Position numbers and translations under genes: made by a program
The notes under the pieces: model-generated
Told to the model about the DNA's origin: nothing
The model's database searches: none
What the model saw: only the letters and a program-made list of their open reading frames with translations
Origin: Eledone cirrhosa
Taxonomy: Eukaryota
Assembly (NCBI GenBank): GCA_964016885.1
Contig: OZ024745.1
Location: forward strand, 47,554,001 to 47,618,000
Reading direction: 5' to 3'
Length of the DNA: 64,000 nt
Part shown: positions 1 through 13,700 of the stretch, piece by piece
Numbering within the stretch: the first letter of the stretch is position 1
Layout of the letters: each line of letters starts with the position of its first letter

Positions 1-99
1 CCATTCCTGTTAGTTTCATCTAACGTTCCAAGTGCTAAGAAGATTATTGTGCATGGCCCAGATTTAGCAAGCATACCTTCTCAGTTTCCTATACAAGAG
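1..99 (+). CDS. UNC80: unc-80 exon (5' truncated by window): PFLLVSSNVPSAKKIIVHGPDLASIPSQFPIQE
   Basis: open frame, donor GAG|gtaata, phase 0. Confidence 0.9.
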
Positions 100-3000
100 G
101 TAATAATGTTTTTCTTTTCTTCTTTAACATCTGAACTTTAATCTAAAATGGGTTGACAAAAATTTGAATGTGATTATTTTTCAGCTGCAATTTATAATTC
201 ATATTAAATTGGTTGTTAATGTGATTGATAAATTATATCTCAAACTAAGATCTCTAATTTTTAAAGATAATTTATTGCAAAATTAAGTAATAAAATAAAA
301 TTTTATAAATATTATTCTTAGTCTTACATTTTAACATCATGATTTTATATTTCAGGATACAAAATTTTCTCAGATTCTCACTGACTCTCTGGATTTTTTC
401 AATATCCCAGAAGATCAGCATAACTCTTACTTCATTGTGGACACAAAATCGAGTAAGGTTTAAACAGGAATTTTCTTGTAATTTTATAATACTGAACATT
501 ACAGCTAAGCCCTAAAAGTAGTTAACTATTTTTTTATATTTAGCCATCCATTTCTCAGCTTTTTTTCCGCCATTTATGTATTTTTTCTTATGCACCTCAT
601 TGCTTTAATATTTTGCTTTTTTTTCTTACTGACACCAATTTTATACAAGCCTCACACCATTATCTTCCTCCCTACATCTCTATTTCATGTCAGACATATT
701 GATTTTGACTGACCTTAAAATCACTTCCAACCTACCCCAAAAGAAGTCAGCCCGTTCTTTCTTCCTGTGAAACATTACAGCAAAGCCCTAAAAATATCTA
801 ACTAATTCTTTCACATCACCGTACCCCTATAATAAAGTGCCTGAAATACTTAACTCATTTCATACAAAATTGCCTAAACTGCTCCTGGTTCTATGATACA
901 AAGCTTTATTTTAAAGTGTTTATATTTATCTAAAAACATTCCATCATAATTTTATGTAAGAATCTTTATTAAGTTATGTTCCAAACAGCTTAAATATGAT
1001 AAAGTTAGTTATATAACTTTATTCCTTCAAATTCGTGATTATTTTTTAAATAATTTGAAAATCATAGGCTGTTTCTTTCATTAGAAATATGGAACTTCAA
1101 AAAGTTACAGCTATAACAGTTTTTGTTATTATTATTTCATATTTATCCATCAGATATAATTCTTTGTGTATTTTTGTAATTTGAAAAATCCTGTTTTTAT
1201 TTCCAGATCATATGCACAATTTGAATTCCTATGTACGTGACTTTTATTTTTTCCATCGAAATATCTATCCACAATTGAGTTTGGTTCATATGAACCCAGA
1301 CGCTGCCTTTCAGTCACTACAAAAACAGGTACATTGTTCAAACTTTACATTCAATACATTAGAAAAAACTTTATTTTCAATTCAAAGGATTTTTGATTTT
1401 TTAGATTGTTTTAACTATGACACCTGATACCATGCACTAACTTCAGAATCTATGTCTTTGGTATCATTTCTGTCCATATTCAACTATCCAATGGTTTTGG
1501 GTTTTACAGTGGATGTGGCATATCTAGCTGTTAGATCAGTAGGTAGATTGATGGATTTTGCTCTGCTCTGGCTATAGCCTTTTTGTATCTGGTATGTTTG
1601 CATAAAATGCATTTAAATGCCTTCAGTGAAAACACACAGTTGTGAGAAGTTGTGTTGTATATTGTTACAACTGCGCTCCATATATAATAAGGTAGTAATA
1701 TATTACTGCCTACCACTATTTAGGGTTTGTATAAAAAAATATATATAACTGCAAAAGGTTTTTGTATTTACATAACCATAAATAGTATAATTAATACTAT
1801 ATATATATATATATATTTGTGTATATATACAGATTGAGTAAGCAAGATGGCACCAATATATATATGACTATGTAGTTCTTTGAATACTCAACAACATATA
1901 ATAAGAAACCATTTTACCTTGTTTTAATGAAATATTCATATCCACACTACATTGAGTTCTAACTGCATTATAAGTCTTACCATAATTAGGTAGAATATTA
2001 GTGTGTGTATATATATATATATAATTCATTATAGATCTTTAGTTTCTTCAGGAAATAATGTAAGTATATCATCCTATCGAAATGTAATAAATATATTACT
2101 TTCTTTACAGGCTTTTGTCTTAAAGTTTGTGGAATTCGGCAAAGTACTATTTAGTAATGCTGTGTTACAAAGTACTCAGTCACACCAGGTAACATATTAC
2201 ATTTATTTTATTATATTATGATTTGCATAAATTTTATGCTTAAATTTCATAGGAAGTAAACATTTGTATTTGATTTGTAAAAGATATTTTTCTATTTATC
2301 TTTTTATAAATCAGTTGGGTTTTTTTTTTTTTTTTTTTTTTTTTTTGTGAAAAATAATATGAATGTATAATATGAAACTGCAAGAGTTATTTCCAAATAC
2401 TTAATTATTTAGCAGAAAATGTCTAGAAGTGGGTTTGTTAATCCAAATGTTTATAGTGTCTTTACTAGTGAACAGTTTGTTGTGAAAATTTGTCATGTTA
2501 GTTTAAAGGTATTAATTTTTTATTTGATATAGTCGTACTACTGTTTGATATCTTCAAGAATGTCTTTCTAATGTAGTTTCATTTGATACATGACATAAAG
2601 AGTTAAATGTTGAGATAACAGTACCTAATTCTTAAAGAAATACTTGTTCCCCCATAATTATTCCTTTTTTTCTTTCACTGGTTTTAGCTAATGTAACTAA
2701 GAACATAAATTTTATATGTAGCCGGTGCTCTGGTGCAATAAGTAGCAGCAAGTGCCCACAGAATACTAGCTCATTCCATTGCACAGATGGTTCTATAGAA
2801 ATAGTGGACACCTTCCGTTACCTGGGTGACAAAATCAGCAGTGGTGGAGGGTGCTTGGAAAGTACAGTAGCTAGAGTCAGAATGGGATGGAAAAAGTTCA
2901 AAGAGCTTATACCACTATTGGCCGCTAAAGGGTTCTCTCTAAAAATGAAAGGCAGGCTGTATGATGCCTGCATACGAACAGCAATGTTACATGGCAGTGA

Positions 3001-6000
3001 GACCTGGGCATTGTGTGCAGAGGATATATGCAGACTGGAGAGGAATGAAGCTTGCATGCTCCATTGGATGTGTAATAGTAATATATGTGAACGGCAAAGC
3101 ATAAACGAACTAAGGGAAAAATTAGGAATAAGAGGGATCAGATGTTGTTTACTTGAGAGAAGACTACGTTGGTATGGTCACGTGATGCGCATGAAAGACG
3201 ACAGCTGTATAAAAAAAGTGCAGGGCGATAAAAATAGACGGTAGCCACGGAGTAGGCAGACCCAGAAAAACCTAGGACGACTTGATAAATTCCGACCTCA
3301 CACACTTACACCTCTCCAAGACAATGTCACTGGACCGAGATCTTTGGCACTACGCAGTAATACAGAAGACCCACCTTGCCTAAGTACAAAGCGAAACCTA
3401 CAGTCAGTAGGTACCTCATAACTAAAATACACCTCCGTCCCACTACCCCACCCCATCCACACCACCCCTTTCAATGTAAAGTTATGTTGGTACCACAACA
3501 TCCAGTCCTAAATAAATGAGGTCGTGTAGGTGTCACGACAAAAAAAAAAAAAAAACACATAGTCCACGCTGTAATGTGGCCGTGTAGGTAACACGGTAAA
3601 AACCTCCCAGTCCACACTGTAAATGTGGTTGGTGTTAGGAAGGGCATCCAGCTGTAGAAAGTCCGCCAGACAGTCCTATATGAGCAAGACAACCAATCTT
3701 GCCTCAAGTGGGAAAATTCCTGTCCAAACCCATGCAAGCGTGGGAGATGGACGTTAAACGATGATGATGATGATTACAACCATACTGTGACACTGCCTTC
3801 AAGAGTCTATTATATCAAGTCATGTGGAAATTAGCTGAAAACAAGATAACTTGTTCCATAAATTGATTTTGTTCACCCTATTTTTTTTATATTTTTTTCT
3901 TTTTAGCTTCAAAACCATGTTTCATTCTTACATGAGGAATTTATGAAGCTACCAACTTTTCCACGTAAAGCCTTGGAAGCAGAATTCAATTTGTACTGTG
4001 GAAACTGGGGAAAGGTTTGGCCAATTCAGAAATTGTTACTGTTATTATTGTTGTTGTTACTTTTACATTTATACACAATATTAATATCCCAGTATGTTGT
4101 AAGAGGAGACTAAAAGTTGTTATGCCAGGACTGGCATTCAGTTGTAAAACATTGCCACAAAAAGGCCACAATGATGAATATAGTCTATTATGGGGTTCTG
4201 GAAAGTTTATCTCTGCTTTTCTCAGAAAAAATGACCTTGAAATGTTTGTTATTGTATTTCCTTAATTTAACTTGTAATAATATAGGTCATCAAAACTTCA
4301 CAGTTCTCATAGCATTGAGATTTGAAATACTTTTCTGAAATGAAATATTTATGACAGCCTTTTTGGTGGTGAAACATAGATCTCTAATTGCTCTAGGCCT
4401 TTCTCTCTCCCTCTGTGTGTGTGTGTGTTGCATCACTGTGAAACATACTGAGAAAGCAATGGAATTAAGTGTCTTTGATAGTTTAATTCTTTCATATGTT
4501 GTCAATTTTATTTAAAATGTTAAATGTTTGTTAGTGTGTATATGTTATTTGTTTATGGTGTTATTGCTGTAACATATATCATATTCTCTTATACTACTTA
4601 TACATTTTTGCTTATTAATCACTAATTCAATATTTTCTTTTCTTTATAATAAGGAATTGTATGGAATGGATACTCTACACAAGTACTCATGGGTAAAAGT
4701 GAGTAGGTTTTCTTACTTAAATAATCATTAAAAAAGTAGTATAAAGTTAGCAGTTTTTTCCAGAGAATTTCAATTAATCACTATATATTTCACTCCAAAT
4801 GTACTATATCTTCTTTCCAAAGCTCAGTTGTAAATAACTTGCACAATGCCCTGCATTGTGTATTGCTATTTTGTTTTAGAGGGAAAGGAGTACATATAAT
4901 TAACTTCAGATATCCTCACCATTGTGTCCTGGTAGCTACTCTCTCTACCCTTCTTCACCTCCCATATTGACCACATCCCTCATATCACTACATCCCCATA
5001 TGCTAATCAGTCAGTCCTACCCTTAACTCATTGCCCTGCTAAATCTCCACATGCATCTATAACTTCATACCTATCTCCCTCCCCTATTACCCCCACCCCC
5101 CACCTACACACACACACACACACACCTTCCCAGAGCTGAGAGGGCTCTACAGTTGGATCTATGACCTGCAACCTCTCTAGTGGTGATGCCATGAAAATGT
5201 ACCCAGTACACCCCATAAGGATAGTTGGCTACAGGAAAGCACCCCGCTGTAAACCATGACTAAAAGAGTTGAAATGACCCATCAGCTGTATCAAAGACAC
5301 AACCTCTTTAGTGTTGGTGATCTACACAATAAAAACACCCAATACATGCTGTAAAGTGGTTGGTGTTAGAGAGGGCATCCAGTTGTAGAAAGCCTGCGAA
5401 GCAAGGGATTGGGAGGACCCTTCAGTTTGTGTCTCAAGACACAACTTCTCTAATATGTGTTGTGTAAACAAGATACAGACCCCTCAGCCTGTCTAGGAGG
5501 TTACTAGCTCTGCTTCAGTACTGACGGATCTATGAGACCCGTCCAACCCTCGCTAGCTAGTAATGGAGACATTAAATGATTACGTAAATATTCTAAGATC
5601 AGTAAATTGGTAGACATTCATCAGAGCATCAGACAAATGCTTAACAATATTTGTTTTGTCTATTTACATTCTGAGTTCCAATCCTGTTGAGGTCAACTTT
5701 GCCTTTCATCCTTCCAGGGTCTCTAAAATAAAGTACCAGTCAGATACTGTTGATATAATCAACTTTCCCTTATCTCAAAATTGCTGACCTTGTGCCTAAA
5801 TTAGAAACTGCTTTTTATTTAGATATTCTGATATTCTCTGATTTTATTCTTTGTTTTCCTATTCCAGCTGATCAATACCATGTTCTCATCAATGAGCAAG
5901 ACATTCAACTGGTCCAATGACCTGCCTCTTTTTTTAAATGTTCTCAATGGAACTATAGTGCTACATTGTGAAGACACAGCTGTCCTTAGAAACTGTTTGG

Positions 6001-7656
6001 CTATTCTTATAAATACATCAAAACATTTTAAGCATATTTTTTCTACAAGTGGGTATGTTATCTCACTTCTTACTGTCTTTACTTCTTACCACAACTAACG
6101 TTAGATATATGACAACATTTATCAGTACATTATAGTATAAAATACAATCACTAAATAAAACAGAAAATTTAATATAACTGTATATGTCCAAACTATCTAA
6201 AACTGCCTCTTGTCCTATGATACAAAGATCTTTATTTTAAAGTGCTGATATTTATCTAAAAACTTCCATCCTAATGTTATGTAAGAATCTTTTATAAGTT
6301 AAGCTCCAAATACTAGATAGATATTGACAATGTTAATTATATTACTACAACCTTCCAAATTCTTGATTATTTTCAAAATTATTTTACCATCATAGTGTAT
6401 TCTATTAGAAATACGGTAATGAAAGGGCCAATTGCTATCATGACTGCTATAAAATTGTTTCAGTTTCAATACATGATCTCAAATCAAATCCCTTAGCAAA
6501 CAAGTACTACTCTAAAATACATTTGTATTTGATTTAAATTTTACTGCTGTACTTATTGAAATATTATGGACATATTCACATATATTTATATCTATCTATC
6601 TTAGCTTCCTGCATATCATGCCAACTATACTTCGAGTGTACAGTAATAACCAACCAAACACCGTCCTGTGTAAAGCTATAGAGTTCACTTGCCGTCAATT
6701 TTACGTTCTTCACAGAAAACCTTTTATACTTCAGGTAATGTCAAACAAACTACTTTTTATATTTGTATCAATTGCTTGTATTACAAGCCTTGCTTCTTTT
6801 GATATATACAACAAACAGAGGTACAAAAAGACTTATTAGTTTCACGCTTTACAATTTTATCATTTAGGTAGTTAACTAAGACATAAAAGTGGAAAGTAAT
6901 CTTGCAACAATTATTGTTTTATCCATTTTATAATGTTTATGTATTTTTTTCCAGACATTTGGCAGTACAGCACCAATTCTAGATATGGACAGCTGCATAA
7001 CAAGAGTGTTTGATTGTAATAAGGTAACATTTTTTTCTCTAATCTGAATTTTGTATTATTGATTATTGTAAAAATATTTATTTCTTCCACAATACGAAGT
7101 GTCCAAGTTAACATTTAAAGTATTTTCTCTTCCATTGATTTTGTTACCTGAAACAATAAACTAAGAAATAACAGTGAGGCAGGGTTACAAGTAGTTGATT
7201 ACTTTAATTTTTAGTTCTGCATACACAGAATTAACAAGGTAAAAGTTTGTACAATACAGACTAGGTGATGAGAATATATTTTTACTAGAAATAGCAGTCA
7301 ATTTAAAAACATCTATCAACTCGACAAGCACTACATATATATATATCATCATCATCATTATCATCATTTTACGTCCACTTTTCACTGCTTGCAAGGGTTT
7401 GACGGGTCCTATTCAGCACAGCATCTCTCCACTTGTCACGGTCCTTCAATTTAATTCAAGCACTCGACATGTTACTTCTTCAAAATAAGTATGACAGAGT
7501 ATAATTAGAATGAGGAAAATGTCAAGTTGTAGTTGTGAAAGAGTCCTTTATTAATAAAGCTGTAATATGTATTTCAATAAGGATCATGGTCACTTGATTA
7601 TTTAACCATTATCATGATTTCATCAAAATTAACCTCTACAACTTCGCATTTTCGTC

Positions 7657-7704
<48 letters not shown>

Positions 7705-10700
7705 CTATCTATCTAGGGCGGATAAAATTTCCAAGATCCATGGACAGTGGTCTCTGTCCCTCATTATCGCTGCCATGTCCTGCGTTTCCAACAGACCAGT
7801 GTCCTTAGGGCATCAACATATGTTAACTTTGTTATTGTAGTGGAGTCTGTGCTGTGTACGGGTCTGAGACTTGTACACTGACCAAGAATCTCACTCAGAT
7901 GGTGGATGGGTGCTACACGAGAATGCTGAGGATGGCTCTGAACATGAATCAGTATACACTGAGGATGAAGAACTCGGAGCTGTACAGGAGCCTCCCAAAA
8001 GTCAGCTCGAGAGTGGCACAGAGGAGACTGAGGTTAGCTGGACATGTTCACTGACAGCCAGAGTTGACACTGCACTCAGTGCTCCTGTGGGAGCCCTTGC
8101 ATGGATACACTGGAAAAGGAAGACCGAAGTTAACATTATATATATATATATATATCATCATCATCATCGTTTAACGTCCATCTTCCACGCTTGCATGGGT
8201 TTGGACGGGAGTTTTCCCACTTGAGGCAAGATTGGTTATCCTGCTCGTATAGGACTGTCTGGCGGGTTTTCTACGGCTGGATGCCCTTCCTAACACCAAC
8301 CACGTTTACAGTGTGGACTGGGAGGTTTTTACCATGGCCACATTACAGCCACATTACACACACTACATGGCCACATTACAGCGTGGACTGTGTGTTTTTT
8401 TGTCGTGACACCTACATGTCTGGCGGGTTTTCTACGGCTGGTTGCCCTTCCCAACACCAACCACATTTACAGTGTGGACTGGGAGGTTTTTACCATGTTA
8501 CCTACACGGCCACATTACAGCGTGGACTGTGTGTTTTTTTGTCGTGACACCTACACAACCTCATTTGTTTCGGACTGGATGTTGTGGTACCAACATAACT
8601 TCACATTTAAGGGGATAGTGTGGATGGGGTGGGGGTAGTGGGACGGGGGTGTATTTTGTTAGAGGTGCCTACTGACTGTAGGTTTCACTTTGTACTTAGG
8701 CAAGGCGGGGTCTTCTGTATAACTGTGTAGCGCCAAAGATCTTGGTCCAGTGACATTGTCTTGGAGAGGTGTAAGTGTGTGAGGTCGGAATTTATGCAGT
8801 CGTCCCAGGTTTTTCTGGGTCTGCCTACGCCGTGGCTACCGTCTATTTTTATCGCCCTGCACTTTTTTATACAGCTGTCGTCTTTCATGCGTATCACGTG
8901 ACCGTACCAACGTAGTCTTCTCTCGAGTAAACAACATCTGATCCCTCTTATTCCTAATTTCTCTCTTAGTTCGTTTATGCTTTGCCGTTCACGTATATTA
9001 CTATTACACATCCAGCGGAGCATGCAAGCTTCGTTTCTCTCCAGTCTGCGTATATCCTCTGCACACAATGCCCAGGTCTCACTGCCATGTAACATTGCTG
9101 TTCGTATGCAGGCATCATACAGCCTGCCTTTCATTTTTAGAGAGAACCCTTTAGCGGCCAATAGTGGTATAAGCTCTCTGAACTTTTTCCATCCCGTTCT
9201 GACTCTAGCTACTGTACTTTCCAAGCACCCTCCACCACTGCTGATTTTGTCACCCAGGTAATGGAAGCTGTCCACTATTTCTATAGAACCATCTGTGCAA
9301 TGGAATGAGCTAGTATTCTGTGGGCACTTGCTGCTACTTATTGCACCAGAGCACCGGCCACATATAAAATCTATATTCTTAGTTAGCTTACCTGTGATCC
9401 CACTACATCTTTTATGCACCCATACTTTGCATTTGGGACATAAAATGGAGTTTCTGCCTACTCCTTTCCTACACACTGAGCATGGCCATTTCCCAGATGG
9501 GACCGGTGCCCTATTTTCCTTCCTACAAACTAGAACTTTAGTCTTAGACAAGTTAACTTTAAGGTTTTTGATTCTAGGCCATGCTTCCATGTTTGGAATT
9601 TCTTCTCTAGTTCGGCCATTGATTCAGCTATGAGCATTAGATCATCTGCATATAGGAGTTCCTATGGGCAGCCAGTCTTGAACTCCTCTGTTATAGCCTG
9701 AAGGGCAATAATAAATAGTAGGGGGCTAAGGACGGAGCCCTGATGAACACCAACTTTTACGCTAAACTCTTCACTATATTCGTTGTTAATTCTACCCTTG
9801 CTGACTGTTTCTTTATACATGGCTTGTATAGCTCTCACAAGCCATTCATCAACACCTAGTTTTCTAAGGGCCCACCAGATAATCGAGTGGGGTACTCTGT
9901 CAAAGGCTTTCTCTAAGTCAACAAAAGCTAAGTATAGGGGTTTACTTTTAGCTAGGTACTTCTCCTGTAGTTGTCGTACAATGAAGAGAGTGTCTGTTGT
10001 ACTTTCACCTGACACGAACCCGAACTGCATTTTGTCTAGATCAATTCGCTCTCTGATTAGTTGCGCTATTACTTTTTCTGTGACCTTCATGACCTGGTCA
10101 ATTAATTTAATGCCTCTATAGTTTCCCCTATCTAGGGCATCACCTTTACCCTTGTAGCAGTTAATGATGATGCTGCTGTGCAGTCCTTCGGAACGACCCC
10201 ATTCTGTATGACTTGGTTTACTATCCAGGTGACCATAGTGTGTCCCACCGTTTCAGATGCTTTCAGCATTTCAGCAACTATTTCCGAAGGCCCAGCCGCC
10301 TTGCCCGTCTTCATGTCTTTGATCGCCTTACTTATTATACTACCTTCAACTTGCACTGCTGGTCCCTCTATTGGGTCGATGTGGAGGAGACTGTCTTTCT
10401 CCCAATTATTCTTCTCATTTAGTAGCCTTTCGTAGTGACACTTCCAAGCTACCATCTTATCAGCGTCAGTGATGGCAAGTATGCCATCATCGTTAAGTAC
10501 ACACTTCTCCCCGACAATATCACGGTTTTCCTTGACACATTGCCTAGCAATCCTAACACCTCACGTTTTTGGTCCTCGCGTTGTAGAACATGCTTGAACT
10601 TTCTTTCCTCTGCTTCCCTTCTTGCGAAGTACACTTGTCTCTTAGCTTCCCTCCTGGCCACTTGATAGTCTTCTCTACTTCCCCCATCCCGCCATACATT

Positions 10701-13700
10701 CCAAGCCTGCTTTTTGGCCTTGATTGACCCCTCCACCTTACTGTTCCACCACCAAGTTACTCTCCTCCTGCCTATAGGTCTGCTTCAGCCACAGGTTTCA
10801 TCTGTCGCCTTCAGCAGGTTAGCTTTCAGGAATTCCCACTGTTCCTCTGTATTGTACGACTTTAATTGCTCTTCCTTACTATCAAAAGCATCAAGTAATA
10901 TGCTTTTAAATTTATTACTGGCTGTGGGGTCTTTTAACTTCCAAATTTTTCTCCTGAGTATAGTCCTCTTCTGTTGTCGAGTACGTCTCGTCCTGACTAT
11001 GAGATCGCTAATTATGAGTCTATGTTGAGAGGTGCATTCTTCATGGGGGAGGGATTTAATGTTTACAACAGACACTCTGTCACGTCTCCTGGTAAGGATA
11101 TAATCTACCTGGCTTGTGTGTTCTCCCGATGTATAGGTGATCAAGTGATTGTCTCGTTTTTTGAAGTTAGTGTTACAGATAGTTAGGTTATTTGCGTCAC
11201 AGAATAATTTACTATCAAAATTTTATGTGAGGTTACTTTCTAACATAATTGCTAATTTCTGAAAATGTCTCAATAACTTTTATAAAATTGACTTGGCAAC
11301 ATGCAGTGGATTAATTTGAGTTTCTTATTCTTTTAATATTTCTTTCATTCCAGATACAACCTGAATGTCTTTTCAAAATTATCCTTGATATTGGCCATTC
11401 TGTTAGTGACAATTTAGACATTCTTGATTTGGTAACAGGAGAAAAACCACTAAAGGCACTAGTAAGTTTTCTATAAAATATAATCAAATTTCAATCTTGT
11501 TTTCAACAACATATTACAAGAGCAAGTTCTATCTAAACCAAATCTGTAATCTGTTTTTACATCACACTAAGAATAAGTCCCCTTACACCAAAGTGGGCAA
11601 TTTATTTCGCAATAATTTCAAGGCAGAGTTTTGATATAATCCTATCATCATAAATGTTTCTAAATATGAGGGTGCCCCATTAAAAAAGTATGGGTTGAAT
11701 GCCATTCAATGTGTGTCATACCTCCTGACAATAGACTTAGATCAGGAGGTACATATTGCCTAGCTAAAGGGTAAATTTGCTGATTCTGGACATGTACATG
11801 TTTTCAATTATAATTAATTCTTATTTAGTAAAACATTCATCTAAAATGGGTTTGTTAATTCAAGTATTTATAGTATCTTTACTAGTATACGGATTGTTGT
11901 CAAAATTTGCAATATTAGAGTAAAGACTTCGAGTTTGAAAGTGATGTGCTCATAGGTCTGTTTTGTACTTTTCAAGAATATCTTCATATGGTACAGGACA
12001 TTAAAAGTTCAAATAACTTGAAGTTGAGAAGAACATTTTATGTAGGCTTATTTTGTTCATTAAAATGCTAATTTCTTTCTGCCATTTTTGACATGTTAAA
12101 CCTCATTATTCAATTTGTTCACATTGACTGGTTGTATTTGGTCCTCGTACTGGTATCTGTTGTCATTAGTTGCTCATAAATAAGAGAAATAATATTGTTT
12201 TGTTGTTATTTAAACCTATCATAATGTTAAAAACAGAATATTTAAAAATGTCTTTCTTGTTAACTACTGCAATGTGGTTGTGATGCAAACTTCTTAACCA
12301 TACAGCCATGTTTTCTCAATATATATCAATTTTAAAAAAAGCTTCAGTACATTCCATAAACTATTTTACTATTTAAACTGTTAAACCTGATTTAACCGGG
12401 AAAAAGGAATATGAACAGAATGATGTTGATATTTCTTTGTTATTTTAATTGCTTCTTTAAACCTTCTTTTAAATGTTATTTTTTTGTGTAGGACTTTTGC
12501 TACGAAAGTGATTCTGGAAACTTTGACATGGTTGATGTTGTAAATATGTGTGTGACTGTCATTGCATATTCTCCAGATTCCTTCCGGAGCTATCAAATGT
12601 TGGTAAGTCCACAACTATTTTTACATTGAAAAAAAAAAAATTTTTAAAGAAACTTATTCCTATATCTATCAGCTTTGTGACTGTATTTCTAATTAAGTAC
12701 ATTTTATTTCAATTAATTGGTGACAAATTTTGAGGGATTTACTAAAATTATTCATTATTTCATTACTAAAGTAGTATCTGAATATATGGTTCTTATATAA
12801 AATTATGTTGGAAGCTTTTAATTCAAATAGAAACCCTTTAAAATGGATAATGACAAGAACTTCCTCCAAACGTCTCAAACACCACAGGCTGGAAGAAATA
12901 GTTTACCGATAATTCCCAGTATTTAAAAATGTTATTCCATTCAGTTATGGATGCAGTAACCCACACATCTACTGCAATATCCAAGATGTGGGAAGGAGCA
13001 AAAGAGTCACTGACTGTAGCATCCCAAATGAGACATCTACCACTTACCCAAGGTCAAAGGGCAAGACCATCTGACCTCTCCCATCAACTCTAGACAATCC
13101 AGCCAGCTCCAGAATTGAGGGGATGTTTACCCAAGCCAGGGCCCACTTAATAATTAAGCTTAGCTCGGTATGGCAGGTGAAATAACCAACATTCAAGCAG
13201 CAAGACAAATCATGGAGACATGATTCTTAAGAATTGAAACAGAATTAATTCTGTAGAATTAACATATAATTAAAGTACATTATACACTCCATCCTCTGAA
13301 GTATTGATTACTTTCATTTTGCTGGCCTTGTGCCAAAAGTAGAAACAATTATATCATGAACAAAATAGAAACTATATGTCTGTGTATCAGAGAGAGATAC
13401 ATAGATACATATATATGTACATACATACTCATATTTATATGCCTGTATAATATTTACTCACAGATTATCCTGGAAGTAGTTGTGCCAAGATATTTGAAAC
13501 ATCTGAAGGAGGGAACAACTCAGAAAGAAAGCCTGAGTGCAGCTCAAGCAGAGATTCAAGCAATAACAAATATAGCTGTCTCAATCAGAGCCTTGATTAA
13601 TTCATGTGAAATATTTACAAGGTACAATAACCATTTTTTTCAGATTGTAACAATTTTGAAATATAAACTTTGTATTTCATATTATTAGATTTTGCTGCTT

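Noticed and set aside
8977-11186. + strand ORFs of 70-112 aa
   Set aside because: Antisense shadows of the LINE ORF.
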